Assembly (NCBI GenBank): GCA_009694045.1
Contig: SHVY01000007.1
Coordinates: forward strand, 1,786-65,785
DNA length: 64,000 nt
Reading direction: 5' to 3'
From: Alphaproteobacteria bacterium
Lineage (GTDB): Bacteria > Pseudomonadota > Alphaproteobacteria > SP197
Part shown: piece after piece, positions 13,302 to 23,438 of the stretch
Layout: every line of letters begins with the position of its first letter
How positions within the stretch are numbered: the first letter of the stretch is position 1
Position numbers and translations under genes: made by a program
Notes under the pieces: generated by a model
Databases searched by the model: none
The model's input: the letters and a program-made list of their open reading frames with translations, nothing else
Told to the model about the DNA's origin: nothing

Positions 13302-14240
13302 TCAACCGGCGATCGGCCGCGATCGGCGCCCCAGGGGATGGTGCCGGACCACCGCCTCCTTGAGCTTCTCCTCCTGCACGTGGGTGTAGATCTGCGTGGT
13401 GGCGATGTCGGCATGGCCCAGCATCGTCTGGACGCTGCGCAGATCAGCGCCCCGGCCCACCAGATGGCTCGCGAAGGCGTGCCGCAGCACGTGGGGCGAG
13501 ACCCGGCCGGGAGCCAGGCCGGCGGCCACGGCCAGGGCCTTGAGCAGCAGGTTGAGATTCTGCCGCGTCAGGTGACCGGACCCGCCGCGCGATGGAAACA
13601 CCCACGCGCTGGTCCGGCCCTTGGGCACGAACCGGTCGCGCGCGGCCAGATAGTCGGCGAGCGCGGCCGCGGCCGGTTTTCCCATTGGCACCAGCCGTTC
13701 CTTGCCGCCCTTGCCGCGCACGATCAGGGCGCGACCGCGGCCATGGACGGCGACCATGGGCAGCCCGACCAGTTCCGAGACCCTGAGACCGGTCGCGTAC
13801 AGCAGCTCCAGCATGGCGCGCAGGCGCAACCCCTTCGCGTCGGTCGACACGGCAACGGCGGCCAGCAGGGCGCCGACTTCGGCTTCGCTCAGAACCTTTG
13901 GCAGGGACTGGCCCCGGCGCGGGCCGTCCACGGTGGCGGTGGGATCGTCCGCCCGGTCCCCCTCGGCGCACAGGAATCGGTAGAACTGGCGCAGGCACGA
14001 CAGGCGGCGGGCGGCCGTGCGGGGATCGCGGCCCTTGGCGGCCAGGCCGCCCAGGTACCCGCGGATCGCCCCGCTGGTGGCCCCGCCGAGGTCAAGCCCG
14101 AGGCCGGCGGCGAAGCGCTCGAAATCGGCCAGGTCGGCGCGATAGGCGGCCAGCGTGTTGCGGCTGGCGCCGCGCTCCACCACCAGCATCTCGAGAAACC
14201 GCTCGCATGCCCGATCGTCCCCGCCGGGCTCAGAGCCCAT
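13302..14240 (-). CDS. xerD: Tyrosine recombinase XerD
   Basis: ELLYATGLRVSEL, GKGGKER, SPHVLRHAFASHL, LGHADIATTQIYTH; usual xerD-accA/aroK context. Confidence 0.93.
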   Translation of the reverse strand: MGSEPGGDDRACERFLEMLVVERGASRNTLAAYRADLADFERFAAGLGLDLGGATSGAIRGYLGGLAAKGRDPRTAARRLSCLRQFYRFLCAEGDRADDPTATVDGPRRGQSLPKVLSEAEVGALLAAVAVSTDAKGLRLRAMLELLYATGLRVSELVGLPMVAVHGRGRALIVRGKGGKERLVPMGKPAAAALADYLAARDRFVPKGRTSAWVFPSRGGSGHLTRQNLNLLLKALAVAAGLAPGRVSPHVLRHAFASHLVGRGADLRSVQTMLGHADIATTQIYTHVQEEKLKEAVVRHHPLGRRSRPIAG

Positions 14241-15987
14241 GGGCGAGCGCGCCTTCCAGGGCCAGGCGCCGCGCCTCGGTCCCCAGGCCGATCCGCCGCA
14301 AACCGTGAACCGCCGCCGCCACGGCAATCGCGGACGAGCCCGGACCGGCGTCGGCCAAGGCCACCAGCGCGAACAACACGGTTTCGCCGACCCGCCCCGC
14401 GGCCGCGGCATCGGCCAGGCCGATCAGAAGTCCGGCGGATGGCGGCTCGGCCGGGTCCAACGGCGCCTCGGCCCGCAGCCGGGCCGCCAGCAGGGGGCCG
14501 CCCGTCTCCCCCAGCGCCGCCAGCAAGGCCGCGAGCAGGTCCGCCTGGGCGTTGCGCGATGCCACTTCGCGGGTCGCTTCGGCCGCCTCCCACCACGCTA
14601 GAATCCGCGCCCGATCGCCTTCCCCGGGACCGGCCAGGCCGGCCAGCCGGGCGAGCGGCCACATCAGGGCGACCTCCGGGGCGGTCGGATCGGCGTTCGC
14701 CCGCTCCGCCGCGAGCCGCCACCAGGCCAGCGCCCGGCCGGGATCGTCGGCCGCGAGGGCAAGGCGCAGTGCCGTCGGTGCGAACCAGGCCAGGTCCGCC
14801 GTGGGTAACATGCCCCCCACCATCGGCACGAACAGGCGCGCGGTCGCGCCCGCGAACGCCGGCCCGCCGCCTTCGCGCGCGGCACCCTGGGCCGTGGTGA
14901 TTAAACTCGCGCGGCGCTCCGGATCGCCCTCGGCGCGGGCGGCCTGATAGAGCAAGGCCCGCTCGCGCGGGATGTGGACGTCCGAATTTCCCGCCTCCCG
15001 CAACTCCGTCGCCTCGAAGACGACCGATTGATAGGCCACGGCCAACTCTTCGGCGGCGATGGCCCCAAAGGTGGCCGCCACCTCCGCCGCGCCCAGGCGC
15101 ACATCCTCGGGCTGGGTCTCGGGTCCCGCCAGCAGCCGCAGGGCCAGCGGGTCGCGGCTTTCGACCACGGCGAACGGCAGCGCCACGCCGGCCAGCCGCG
15201 CCAGGGCGATGTCCACGAGCGTCGCGGCGGCGAAACTCTCGACCGCGACGGGGGATCCGTCCGCCACGGCCTCGACCAGGGTCGCGAAGGACGGCGGCAG
15301 GGAAGCCCCGCTCTCGGTCAGCACCGCGAGTCCCAGCCGCGCCCCTTCAGGGTTGCCGGTCGCGAGCTGGCAATAGATCAGCGCCATCTGCCAGGCGAGG
15401 TCGGGCCGTGCGCGCAAGGCCATCTCGGGTTCGGCGCACGCCGCGGCCGTCGCGCCGCGCGCCAGGGCGTCGCCGAACCTTGCCCGCGCCAGGGCCGAGG
15501 CGACGGCCCCCTCGGCGGGTCCCGCCCCCAAGCCTTCGGCGGGCAGGCCCAGGGCCTGCAACCGGTCGAGGCGCAGGGCGAGGAGATCTCGGGTGGCGAC
15601 GCCGCTCGGCGGCTCCGCCTGGGTCAACAGCAGGCGGCGCGCCAGGTCCAACAGGGTCGGCGAGCCGGGGATCGGCGCCAGGCGGGGCAGCAGCGCCTCG
15701 ACCACGGCGCGATCGGTGCCGCGCCACATGGCGACCCCAAGGCCCCCTGCGGCATCGCCAAGGGTGCCGGACGCCTCGGCCCCGATGGCGCCCGCCTCCA
15801 CCACCTCGAAGTCCGCGGTCGATTCAACCACTACCCCGCCGCTGGTCGTCGATTGATCCGCCGTCGCGCCCGTCCCGGACACCTCGGGAAGAATATTGAC
15901 CGGCTCGCTCGTCTGGGCGCTCGCCGCATGGACGAAGCCCACGAGGACCAGGGCGGCGATGGTCGAGCTACTGCGGAAAACGATCAT
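14230..15987 (-). CDS. Conserved Ala-rich exported hypothetical protein upstream of xerD
   Basis: Signal peptide; GGLG..MWRGT motif; C-terminal GRVGETVL...LRRIGL..EARRLALE, as commonly seen next to xerD in alphaproteobacteria. Confidence 0.75.
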   Translation of the reverse strand: MIVFRSSSTIAALVLVGFVHAASAQTSEPVNILPEVSGTGATADQSTTSGGVVVESTADFEVVEAGAIGAEASGTLGDAAGGLGVAMWRGTDRAVVEALLPRLAPIPGSPTLLDLARRLLLTQAEPPSGVATRDLLALRLDRLQALGLPAEGLGAGPAEGAVASALARARFGDALARGATAAACAEPEMALRARPDLAWQMALIYCQLATGNPEGARLGLAVLTESGASLPPSFATLVEAVADGSPVAVESFAAATLVDIALARLAGVALPFAVVESRDPLALRLLAGPETQPEDVRLGAAEVAATFGAIAAEELAVAYQSVVFEATELREAGNSDVHIPRERALLYQAARAEGDPERRASLITTAQGAAREGGGPAFAGATARLFVPMVGGMLPTADLAWFAPTALRLALAADDPGRALAWWRLAAERANADPTAPEVALMWPLARLAGLAGPGEGDRARILAWWEAAEATREVASRNAQADLLAALLAALGETGGPLLAARLRAEAPLDPAEPPSAGLLIGLADAAAAGRVGETVLFALVALADAGPGSSAIAVAAAVHGLRRIGLGTEARRLALEGALAHGL

Positions 15988-16135
15988 TGGGGAGGACCTG
16001 TTCAATCCTGCCCGTGGGCGGCGGAATGTCCCGGGTCGCCAGGAAGACGCCGCCCGCGACGACCACGCCGGCCAGGAGAAGCCAAACGATGAGGGCGAAC
16101 TTGCGGGATAGGGGTTCTTGTCGGGAGCGGGGCAC
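15968..16135 (-). CDS. Small single-pass membrane protein (55 aa), missed by the ORF track
   Basis: Manual translation: (M)PRSRQEPLSRKFALIVWLLLAGVVVAGGVFLATRDIPPPTGRIEQVLPNDRFPQ; its end overlaps the start of the next gene. Confidence 0.7.
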   Translation of the reverse strand: MPRSRQEPLSRKFALIVWLLLAGVVVAGGVFLATRDIPPPTGRIEQVLPNDRFPQ

Positions 16136-16254
16136 GTCCGGGTGAGCCTACGCGGGCAACTCGTTCGGCGCTTGCTGGCGCGGGACGGGCAGTCTATTAG
16201 CTTGAGCCGTGGCTTTCAACGCAGGCATGGCGCGGTCGCGCGCGGCCCAACCCC

Positions 16255-16815
16255 ATGGGCGCTGAACCCGTCGTCGACCGCACGATCGTCCTGGTGGGGC
16301 TGATGGGCGCCGGCAAGACCAGCATCGGACGGCGGCTCGCGGCCCGCCTGGGACTCGCCTTCGTCGACGCCGACACCGAGATCGAGCTGGCGGCCGGGTG
16401 CGGCATCGAGGAGATCTTCCGCGTCCAGGGCGAGCCGGCATTTCGCGCGGGCGAACGCAAGGTCATCGCCCGCCTGCTGCAACGGCCGCCGTTCATCCTC
16501 GCGACCGGCGGCGGGGCGTTCATGGCCCCCGAGACCCGAGCCTGCATCCGCGACGGTGCGATCTCCGTCTGGCTGAAGGCGGACGTCGACGTGCTGGTTG
16601 ATCGCCTGAGCAAGAGCCGCAAGCAGAATCGGCCGCTGTTGAAGAACGGTGATGTGCGCGCGACCCTGATGGGGTTGATGGAGCAGCGCCACCCGATCTA
16701 TGCCGAGGCCGACATCACGGTCGAATCCCTCGAGGGCCCGCACGAGGTCGTGGTGGAACGGATCGTCGCCGCCTTGCGCGAACGCACCGCGGCCGGTGCT
16801 TCCAGGCCGTCATGA
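16255..16815 (+). CDS. aroK: Shikimate kinase
   Basis: GLMGAGKTS, GEPAFR, ATGGG, RPLL. Confidence 0.96.
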   Translation: MGAEPVVDRTIVLVGLMGAGKTSIGRRLAARLGLAFVDADTEIELAAGCGIEEIFRVQGEPAFRAGERKVIARLLQRPPFILATGGGAFMAPETRACIRDGAISVWLKADVDVLVDRLSKSRKQNRPLLKNGDVRATLMGLMEQRHPIYAEADITVESLEGPHEVVVERIVAALRERTAAGASRPS

Positions 16816-17933
16816 GCGAACAGCGCCTGCGGGTAGCACTCGGCGAACGAAGCTACGACGTCATCGTCGGGCCGGGGCTCCTCGCCCAGGCCGGCCGGCA
16901 TCTCGGGCCGTTGCTGGCGCGGCCCCGGACCTTCGTGGTCACCGACGCGACCGTCGCGACCCTGCACCTCGCGCCGTTGACGGCGGCGCTCGCGGCCGAC
17001 GGCATCGCCTGCCGGCCGATCGTCGTCCCGGCCGGCGAGGCGACCAAGGACTTCGCCCATCTGCGGCGGCTGATCGACGATCTGCTCGATGCCGGGGTCG
17101 AGCGCAGCGACCTGATCGTGGCCCTCGGCGGCGGCGTGGTCGGCGACCTGGCCGGGTTCGCCGCCGCCATCCTCCGGCGCGGCACGGGGTTCGTCCAGAT
17201 TCCGACCACCCTCCTCGCCCAGGTCGACAGTTCGGTGGGCGGCAAGACCGGCATCGACACGCGCCAGGGCAAGAACCTGGTGGGAAGCTTTCACCAGCCG
17301 CGGCTGGTGCTGGCCGATACCGGGACCCTCGACAGCCTGCCCCGGCGCCAGCTCCTGGCCGGCTACGCCGAGGTGGCGAAGGTCGGCTTGCTCGGCGACG
17401 CCCCGTTCTTCGCCTGGCTTGAGGTCCATGGCGAGGCCGTGATCCAGGGCGGGCCAGGGGCGCGGGCGCACGCCATCGCCACCTGCATCGCCGCCAAGGC
17501 CCGTATCGTCGAAGCCGACGAACACGAGCACGGCGACCGGGCCCTGCTCAACCTCGGCCACAGCTTCGGCCACGCCCTGGAGGCGGAAACCGGTTTCGGC
17601 GATGCCCTGCTGCACGGCGAGGCGGTCGCGATCGGCATGGTGCTCGCGTTCGCGCTGTCGTCCCGATTGGGGCTCTGCCCCGCCGCGGACACCGACCGGG
17701 TGCGGCGTCACCTGGCGGCCGTCGGGCTTCCCGCCGCCATCGCCGGGATCGCCGGTCCGGGCTGGAGCGGTACCATCCTCGCGAACCGCATGACCCAGGA
17801 CAAGAAGGTGCGCGACGGACGCCCGACCCTGGTGCTCGTAAGGGGGATCGGCCAGGCGTTCCTGTCGCGCGACCAGTCCTTCGCCAACCTGGCGCGGTTC
17901 CTCGACGATGCTCTCGGCGAGCGGACGGCATGA
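16812..17933 (+). CDS. aroB: 3-dehydroquinate synthase
   Basis: GGGVVGDLAGF, PTTLLAQVDSSVGGKTG, LNLGHSFGHA, HGEAVAIG. Confidence 0.97.
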   Translation: MSEQRLRVALGERSYDVIVGPGLLAQAGRHLGPLLARPRTFVVTDATVATLHLAPLTAALAADGIACRPIVVPAGEATKDFAHLRRLIDDLLDAGVERSDLIVALGGGVVGDLAGFAAAILRRGTGFVQIPTTLLAQVDSSVGGKTGIDTRQGKNLVGSFHQPRLVLADTGTLDSLPRRQLLAGYAEVAKVGLLGDAPFFAWLEVHGEAVIQGGPGARAHAIATCIAAKARIVEADEHEHGDRALLNLGHSFGHALEAETGFGDALLHGEAVAIGMVLAFALSSRLGLCPAADTDRVRRHLAAVGLPAAIAGIAGPGWSGTILANRMTQDKKVRDGRPTLVLVRGIGQAFLSRDQSFANLARFLDDALGERTA

Positions 17934-19225
17934 TCGACACTCTCACCTGGCTGGTCGTCGGGCTGGTCTTCGTCCTGATGCTGATCTCGGCCTTCTTCTC
18001 GGCCTCGGAGACCGGGCTTACCGCGGCCTCGCGCGCCCGCCTGCATCACCTGGGGGAGGAGGGCAGCCGCCGCGCCCGGCTGGTGCAGCGCCTGATCGCC
18101 GACCGCGAGAAGCTGATCGGCACCATCCTGATCGGCAACAACCTGGTGAACATCCTGGCCTCGGCGCTCACCACCAGCCTGCTGATCCGGCTGTTCGGCG
18201 ACGCCGGCGTCGCCTACGCGACCATCATCATGACCGTGGTGATCGTGCTGTACGGCGAGATCATGCCGAAGAGCTACGCCATCCGGCACCCGGAGCGGAT
18301 CGCCATGCGCTTCGCCCCGGCGATGCGGCTGGTGGTGATCGCGCTGTCGCCGATCACCTTCGTGATGACCGGCTGGGCACGGCTGTCGCAGCGCCTGCTC
18401 GGGCTCGACATGGGGGCGGTCAGCACCGCGATCGCGCGGGAGGAGCTGCGCGGCGCCTTCTCGCTCCACGCCCGGCACGGCGGGATCGTCAAGGACGAGC
18501 AGGCGATGCTCGACAGCATCCTCGACCTGGACGACGTCGAGGTCGGCCAGGTGATGACCCATCGCCGCGCCATCAGCATGATCGACGTGGCCGCGTCACC
18601 CGCCGCGGTGATCGATTCGGTCCTAACGAGCGGCCACACCCGCATGCCGGTCTACGAGAACGATCCAGACAACGTAATCGGGGTGATCCACGCCAAGGAC
18701 GTGCTGCGCGCCGTGCGCGACGCCGGCGGCCGGCTCGACCGCTTCGACCTGCGCGATCTCGCCCAGGACCCCTGGTTCGTGCCCGACACGACCACGCTGC
18801 GCGACCAGCTCGAGGCCTTTCGCCGCCGCCGCATCCACTTCGCCCTGGTGGTCGACGAGTACGGCAGCCTCATGGGCCTCATCACCCTCGAGGACGTCCT
18901 CGAGGAAATCGTCGGCGAGATCGACGACGAGCACGACGTGCCGGTTCCGGGCGTCACCCGCAACGGCGATGGTTCGTACACCGTCGACGGCACGGTGCCG
19001 GTCCGCGACCTGAACCGCGAGTTCGACTGGCGCCTGCCCGAGGACGAGGCCGCGACCGTCGCCGGGCTGGTGATCCACGAGGCGCGCCAGATCCCGACCA
19101 TCGGTCAGGCCTTCGTCTTTCACGGATTCAAGTTCGAGATTCTCGCTCGGCAGCGGAACCAGGTGACGTCGCTCCGCCTCACCCCGCCGATCGAGCCCGC
19201 CGGCGAGGTCCCGACCTCCTCGTGA
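17930..19225 (+). CDS. HlyC/CorC (CNNM-CBS-CorC) family transporter
   Basis: FFSASET, ILIGNNLVNI, CBS pair, VVDEYG..GLITLEDVLEEIVGEI.DE.D. Confidence 0.95.
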   Translation: MIDTLTWLVVGLVFVLMLISAFFSASETGLTAASRARLHHLGEEGSRRARLVQRLIADREKLIGTILIGNNLVNILASALTTSLLIRLFGDAGVAYATIIMTVVIVLYGEIMPKSYAIRHPERIAMRFAPAMRLVVIALSPITFVMTGWARLSQRLLGLDMGAVSTAIAREELRGAFSLHARHGGIVKDEQAMLDSILDLDDVEVGQVMTHRRAISMIDVAASPAAVIDSVLTSGHTRMPVYENDPDNVIGVIHAKDVLRAVRDAGGRLDRFDLRDLAQDPWFVPDTTTLRDQLEAFRRRRIHFALVVDEYGSLMGLITLEDVLEEIVGEIDDEHDVPVPGVTRNGDGSYTVDGTVPVRDLNREFDWRLPEDEAATVAGLVIHEARQIPTIGQAFVFHGFKFEILARQRNQVTSLRLTPPIEPAGEVPTSS

Positions 19226-20100
19226 TCGAGGCTCTGCTGCCCGTTCTCCTGCCGGTGATCCTGTGCGCCGGGCTGGGATTCGCGTGGACCCGCCTCGGGA
19301 CCCCGCTCGATCCGATCCAGGTCCGCACCGTGGTGACGAGCTTCGGCACCCCCTGCCTGATCTTCGCGACCCTGGTGAAGCTCGAGGTGTCCGCCCAGGC
19401 CCTCGCCACCATGGGGGTCACGATCCTCCTGGCGCTCGCCCTGTTCGCGGCGCTGGGCGTGACCATGCTCGCCTTCGCCCGCCTGCCGGCGCGGATCTAT
19501 CTGGCGCCCCTGGTGTTCGGCAACCTCGGCAACCTCGGTCTGCCGCTCTGCCTGTTCGCGTTCGGCCAGGTCGGGCTCGAGCTCGGCATCGTCGCCTTCG
19601 CGATCCAGAGCGTCATCTTCTTCACCCTGGGCGCCTGGTTGATCTCGGGCCGGACCTCGCCGTCCGCGTTCCTGCGCGCGCCGCAGCCCTACGCGGTCGC
19701 CGCCGCCCTGGCCTTCACCCTGACCGACACGGCCCCGCCCGCCTGGCTGTTCAACACCACCGACCTGCTGGCCGGCATGACCATCCCGCTGATGCTCATC
19801 ACCCTCGGCATTTCGCTGGGCAAGCTCGGGGTCGTGCGCCTGCGCCGCACCCTCGGCCTCGGCGCCCTGCGCCTAGCGCTGGGGGTCGCGGTCGGCCTTT
19901 TCCTGGCGCACGCCCTCGCCCTCGACGGCCCGGCGCGCGGCGTCACCATCATCCTCTGCTCGATGCCGAGCGCTGTCTTCAACTACCTGCTGGCCCTGCA
20001 CTTCCGGCAAAATCCGGAGGAGGTGGCGAGCCTGGTCGTGGCCACGACGCTCGGTGCCTTCCTGATCCTGCCCGGGGTATTGTTCATCGCCATGTCGTAA
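19222..20100 (+). CDS. AEC (auxin efflux carrier/malate permease) family transporter
   Basis: GTG overlapping the previous stop; about 10 TM segments; GNLGNLGLPL and MPSAVFNYL motifs. Confidence 0.88.
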   Translation: MIEALLPVLLPVILCAGLGFAWTRLGTPLDPIQVRTVVTSFGTPCLIFATLVKLEVSAQALATMGVTILLALALFAALGVTMLAFARLPARIYLAPLVFGNLGNLGLPLCLFAFGQVGLELGIVAFAIQSVIFFTLGAWLISGRTSPSAFLRAPQPYAVAAALAFTLTDTAPPAWLFNTTDLLAGMTIPLMLITLGISLGKLGVVRLRRTLGLGALRLALGVAVGLFLAHALALDGPARGVTIILCSMPSAVFNYLLALHFRQNPEEVASLVVATTLGAFLILPGVLFIAMS

Positions 20101-20115
20101 CCGCCCGAGGATTCC

Positions 20116-20688
20116 ATGCCGCTTTCCCCGCCAGGCCCCCGCGAGCATCTGCACACCCGCCACATCACCTGCGAGGGCTTCCACCGCGCCGACGGGTTGT
20201 GGGATATCGATGCCCACCTGGTCGATACCAAGACCTATGCCTTCGAGAACCGGGATCGGGGCGTCATCCCGCCCGGCGGCCCGCTGCACGAGATGTGGCT
20301 GCGCCTGACCGTCGACGACGCCCTGGTGGTGCGCGAGGTCGAGGCGGTGACGGACGCCGGGCCGTTCACCGTGTGCCCCGATATCACCCCGGCCTTCAAG
20401 GCGCTCGCGGGCCTGAGGATCGGCCCCGGCTGGCGGGCGAAGGTGAAGGAGCTGCTGGGCGGCGTCCGCGGCTGCACTCACCTGGTCGAGCTGCTGACCC
20501 CGGTCGCGACCGTCGCGTTTCAGACCGCCTGGTCGAAGCGCCGCCGCGACCAGGCCCCGCGCGAAACGGCACCCGCGGCCGAGCGCAAGCCGGCCCACAT
20601 CGATGGCTGCCACGCGCTGGCCAGCACCGGGCCCGTGGTCAAGCGGGACTTCCCCAAGTGGTACGTCGGCGATCCACCGCGCGCCTAG
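20116..20688 (+). CDS. DUF2889 domain protein
   Basis: MPLSPP..RE.LHTR.I.C.G..R.DGLWDI, GCTHL.EL, IDGCHAL. Confidence 0.85.
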   Translation: MPLSPPGPREHLHTRHITCEGFHRADGLWDIDAHLVDTKTYAFENRDRGVIPPGGPLHEMWLRLTVDDALVVREVEAVTDAGPFTVCPDITPAFKALAGLRIGPGWRAKVKELLGGVRGCTHLVELLTPVATVAFQTAWSKRRRDQAPRETAPAAERKPAHIDGCHALASTGPVVKRDFPKWYVGDPPRA

Positions 20689-20850
20689 TGTCCCGATTCT
20701 GAAATTCGCCCGACCTTGCGGCAACCCTCGGAGCGAATTTCAGAATCGAAAGGACACTAGGAAATTATTGATTCTAGTGTCGTTTCTGGTTTCGAAGTTC
20801 GCATCCGAGGGTTGCCGCGTGATAGGGCGAACTTCGAAACCACGACACTA
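20685..20850. repeat. Two-hairpin CTAG-bounded intergenic repeat element (MITE/RIME-like)
   Basis: Hairpin 1: CTAGTGTCC-CGATTCTGAAATTCGC...GCGAATTTCAGAATCG-AAA-GGACACTAG (20685-20760). Hairpin 2: TAGTGTCGT..GGTTTCGAAGTTCGC...GCGAACTTCGAAACC-ACGACACTA (20774-20850). Confidence 0.85.
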
Positions 20851-21123
20851 AGCGGCCTCACGGGCTCGCTCCCGGATCTCGATCCGCCCGGCGTCGATCG
20901 CCAGGCGGCGATAGTACTCCAGCAGGAAGACCCGCAAACCGGCGGTCAGGCTCGACGCGCTGCGGGACCGGGCAACCCGTCCGCACAGGTCATGGATGGT
21001 GCAGCCTTCGACCCCGGCGATCTCGTCCAGGGCAAGCCACATCGCCGGCTCGAGCCGGACGCTGGTGCGATGTCCGGCCACGGAAACGTTGCAATTCCTC
21101 AAGGTTCTGGCCATTCGCGACAT
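20848..21123 (-). CDS. Ribbon-helix-helix domain protein (RHH_4 type)
   Basis: V.V.GHRTSVRLEPAMW.AL.EIA, SLTAGLRVF.L.YYR. Confidence 0.88.
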   Translation of the reverse strand: MSRMARTLRNCNVSVAGHRTSVRLEPAMWLALDEIAGVEGCTIHDLCGRVARSRSASSLTAGLRVFLLEYYRRLAIDAGRIEIRERAREAA

Positions 21124-21233
21124 ATCCTTCAAGGGTTGAGGTATCCGGGGAATACCGCGCGTTAACTATAACGAAATCTACCTATAGTTGTAAACAGATA
21201 CCATCATTCCCTCAATGATGGATTAAGGCGCGG

Positions 21234-21512
21234 CTACCCCGGCGCCGCCTCCCCGGGGGCCAGAACGGTCAGCGACAGGGCATGGACGGGGCCGGCAAGC
21301 TCGGCGGCGAGGCAGCGATAGACCAGCCGCTGGCGCTCGACGCGACCAACGCCGGCGAACCGGGGCGACACCAGAGTCACCTGGAAATGGGTCTCGCCCC
21401 CGGGCTTGGCGCCCGCATGTCCGATATGCCGATCGGAGTCGTCGACCACGTCCAGGCGCGTGGGTGAAAATTCCTCGGCCAACTTGGCGCGGATCGTCGC
21501 GGCGACGGTCAT
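21234..21512 (-). CDS. bolA: BolA family protein
   Basis: DDSDRHIGH, GETHF, RVERQRLVY..L, VHALSL. Confidence 0.93.
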   Translation of the reverse strand: MTVAATIRAKLAEEFSPTRLDVVDDSDRHIGHAGAKPGGETHFQVTLVSPRFAGVGRVERQRLVYRCLAAELAGPVHALSLTVLAPGEAAPG

Positions 21513-21588
21513 CGGCGTCCTCTCCCTCCTGGGGCCACCAACTGGGGGCCGTTAACTTGCCAGTCATGGGACCGGCCGGCATAGTATC

Positions 21589-22170
21589 GTGATGACTGCG
21601 TCCCGTGCCTACAACCCGCGCTACATCCCGCCGTTGGAGCGGACGGTTCGCCCGCCCGGGGTCTGCGCCTGGCCGGGGTGCGCCGGGGTCGCTAATTACC
21701 CGGCGCCGCGGTCGCCCAACGACCTGCGCGACTATCTGCATTTCTGCCTCGACCACGTTCGCGCCTACAACTCCGGTTGGAACTTCTTCGCCGGCATGTC
21801 GGGGGACGAGATCGACGCGTTCCGCCACGAGGACATCACCGGCCATCGGCCGACCTGGCGGATCGGTCCGCAACCCGACATCGCCTATCTGCGCCGCAAA
21901 TCCTGCGACCCCTTCGGCTTCATGGGTGGCGGGCCGGGCGGCGGCGAACGCCCGGCGCAGCGGCCCTCCGCCGACGAACGGAACGCGCTCGAAACCATGG
22001 GCTTCGAGGCGCCGGTTCCGCCGGCGGAGTTGAAGGCCCGGTTCAAGGCCCTGGTGAAGCGCTTCCACCCCGACGCCAACGGCGGCGACGAACGCGCCGG
22101 AGAGCGTCTGCGCCTGATCATCCACGCCTACCGATTGCTCGTCGGCCGCAAGCGCGAAACCGAGGATTGA
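21589..22170 (+). CDS. J-domain (DnaJ-like) protein with N-terminal Cys motif
   Basis: C.WPGC...APRS..FCLDHVRAYN..WNFFAGMS; C-terminal J domain with HPD. Confidence 0.9.
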   Translation: MMTASRAYNPRYIPPLERTVRPPGVCAWPGCAGVANYPAPRSPNDLRDYLHFCLDHVRAYNSGWNFFAGMSGDEIDAFRHEDITGHRPTWRIGPQPDIAYLRRKSCDPFGFMGGGPGGGERPAQRPSADERNALETMGFEAPVPPAELKARFKALVKRFHPDANGGDERAGERLRLIIHAYRLLVGRKRETED

Positions 22171-22187
22171 GCCAGCGCCCCGGCTTC

Positions 22188-22229
22188 CCTTGGCCTTGGC
22201 CTTGGCCTTGGCCTTGGCCTTGGCCTTGT
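22188..22229. repeat. Hexanucleotide microsatellite (CCTTGG)6 + CCTTGT
   Basis: Six perfect units and one imperfect unit, read directly. Confidence 0.95.
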
Positions 22230-22325
22230 CCCCTCCCCATGTGACGTGCTACGTGAGCACCGCGGTGGGAAAGGGCATCGACCCCATCCGTCTCCGTGCA
22301 TCGCCGTTCAGAAGAGCCCAGACCC

Positions 22326-23327
22326 ATGCCTGCTATCGCCCCCGCCGATCTCCCGCTCATGCCGCCGAACGGACCCGATCTCCGGGTCTCGATCCGACAG
22401 GTCTTCGGCATCGATCACGACATGGAGGCCCCGGCCTTCTCCACGGCGAGCGAACACGTGCCGCAGCTCGACGAGGCCTACCACTTCGACCACGAGACGA
22501 CCCTCGTGATCCTGGCAGGCTTCGCCTACAACCGCCGGGTCATGATCCAGGGCTATCACGGCACCGGCAAGTCGACCCACATCGAGCAGGTGGCGGCGCG
22601 GCTGAACTGGCCGTGCATCCGGGTCAACCTGGACAGCCACATCAGCCGCATCGACCTGGTGGGCAAGGACGCCATCGTGCTGCGCGACGGCAAGCAGGTG
22701 ACCGAATACCGCGAGGGCATCCTGCCCTGGTGCCTGCAGAATCCGACGGCCCTGGTGTTCGACGAATACGACGCCGGCCGCCCCGACGTGATGTTCGTCA
22801 TCCAGCGGGTGCTCGAGGTCCAGGGCAAGATGACCCTGCTCGACCAGAACAAGGTGATCCGCCCCCACCCGGCGTTCCGCCTGTTCTCGACCACCAACAC
22901 CATCGGGCTCGGCGACACCACGGGCCTCTACCACGGCACCCAGCAGATCAACCAGGGCCAGATGGATCGTTGGAACATCGTGGCGACGCTCAACTACCTG
23001 CCGCACGACGACGAGATGAAGATCGTCATGGCCAAGACCCCCGAGTACGACACTGCCGAGGGCCGCAAGATCATCTCGTCCATGGTGGCCGTGGCGGAGC
23101 TGTCGCGCTCCGGCTTCATGAACGGCGATATCTCGACGGTGATGTCGCCCCGCACCGTCATCACCTGGGCCGAGAACGCGCGGATCTTCAGCGACGTGGG
23201 CTTCGCGTTCCGCGCCACGTTCCTGAACAAGTGCGACGAGGTCGAACGCTCGACCGTGGCCGAATACTACCAACGCTGCTTCGGCAAGGAGCTTCCCGAG
23301 TCCGTGGCCGGGATCAAGCGGCAGTAG
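22326..23327 (+). CDS. cobS: Cobaltochelatase AAA+ subunit CobS
   Basis: [39 protein letters not shown]. Confidence 0.97.
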   Translation: MPAIAPADLPLMPPNGPDLRVSIRQVFGIDHDMEAPAFSTASEHVPQLDEAYHFDHETTLVILAGFAYNRRVMIQGYHGTGKSTHIEQVAARLNWPCIRVNLDSHISRIDLVGKDAIVLRDGKQVTEYREGILPWCLQNPTALVFDEYDAGRPDVMFVIQRVLEVQGKMTLLDQNKVIRPHPAFRLFSTTNTIGLGDTTGLYHGTQQINQGQMDRWNIVATLNYLPHDDEMKIVMAKTPEYDTAEGRKIISSMVAVAELSRSGFMNGDISTVMSPRTVITWAENARIFSDVGFAFRATFLNKCDEVERSTVAEYYQRCFGKELPESVAGIKRQ

Positions 23328-23428
23328 TGGTCCGACACAAACCCATGAGTCTCGATCGTCGGGTTTGGAGCGGACCGCGGGGTTCGGCCCGACGGATCGG
23401 GCACGATCCGTCGGAGTCAAAGCGCTAG
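23325..23428. repeat. CTAG-family palindromic element, copy 2, plus a second hairpin
   Basis: TAGTGGTCCGACACAA is identical to 3599-3614; CGGACC at 23371; hairpin CCGACGGATCG-GGCA-CGATCCGTCGG at 23389-23414; ends in CTAG. Confidence 0.7.
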
Positions 23429-23438
23429 GGAGCCGGGC

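Noticed and set aside
13302..14240. Tyrosine recombinase as the integrase of a mobile element
   Set aside because: Sequence and accA/aroK context match chromosomal XerD; no att sites or cargo seen.
20685..20850. CRISPR mini-array or tRNA
   Set aside because: Inverted repeats only, with no direct repeat-spacer periodicity, no cas genes and no cloverleaf/T-loop.
22230..22325. Cobalamin riboswitch upstream of cobS
   Set aside because: The region is too short and I could not find the conserved B12-box motifs.
22190..23428. 412-aa ORF beginning MALALALAL
   Set aside because: Artefact of the CCTTGG microsatellite read in a shadow frame of cobS.
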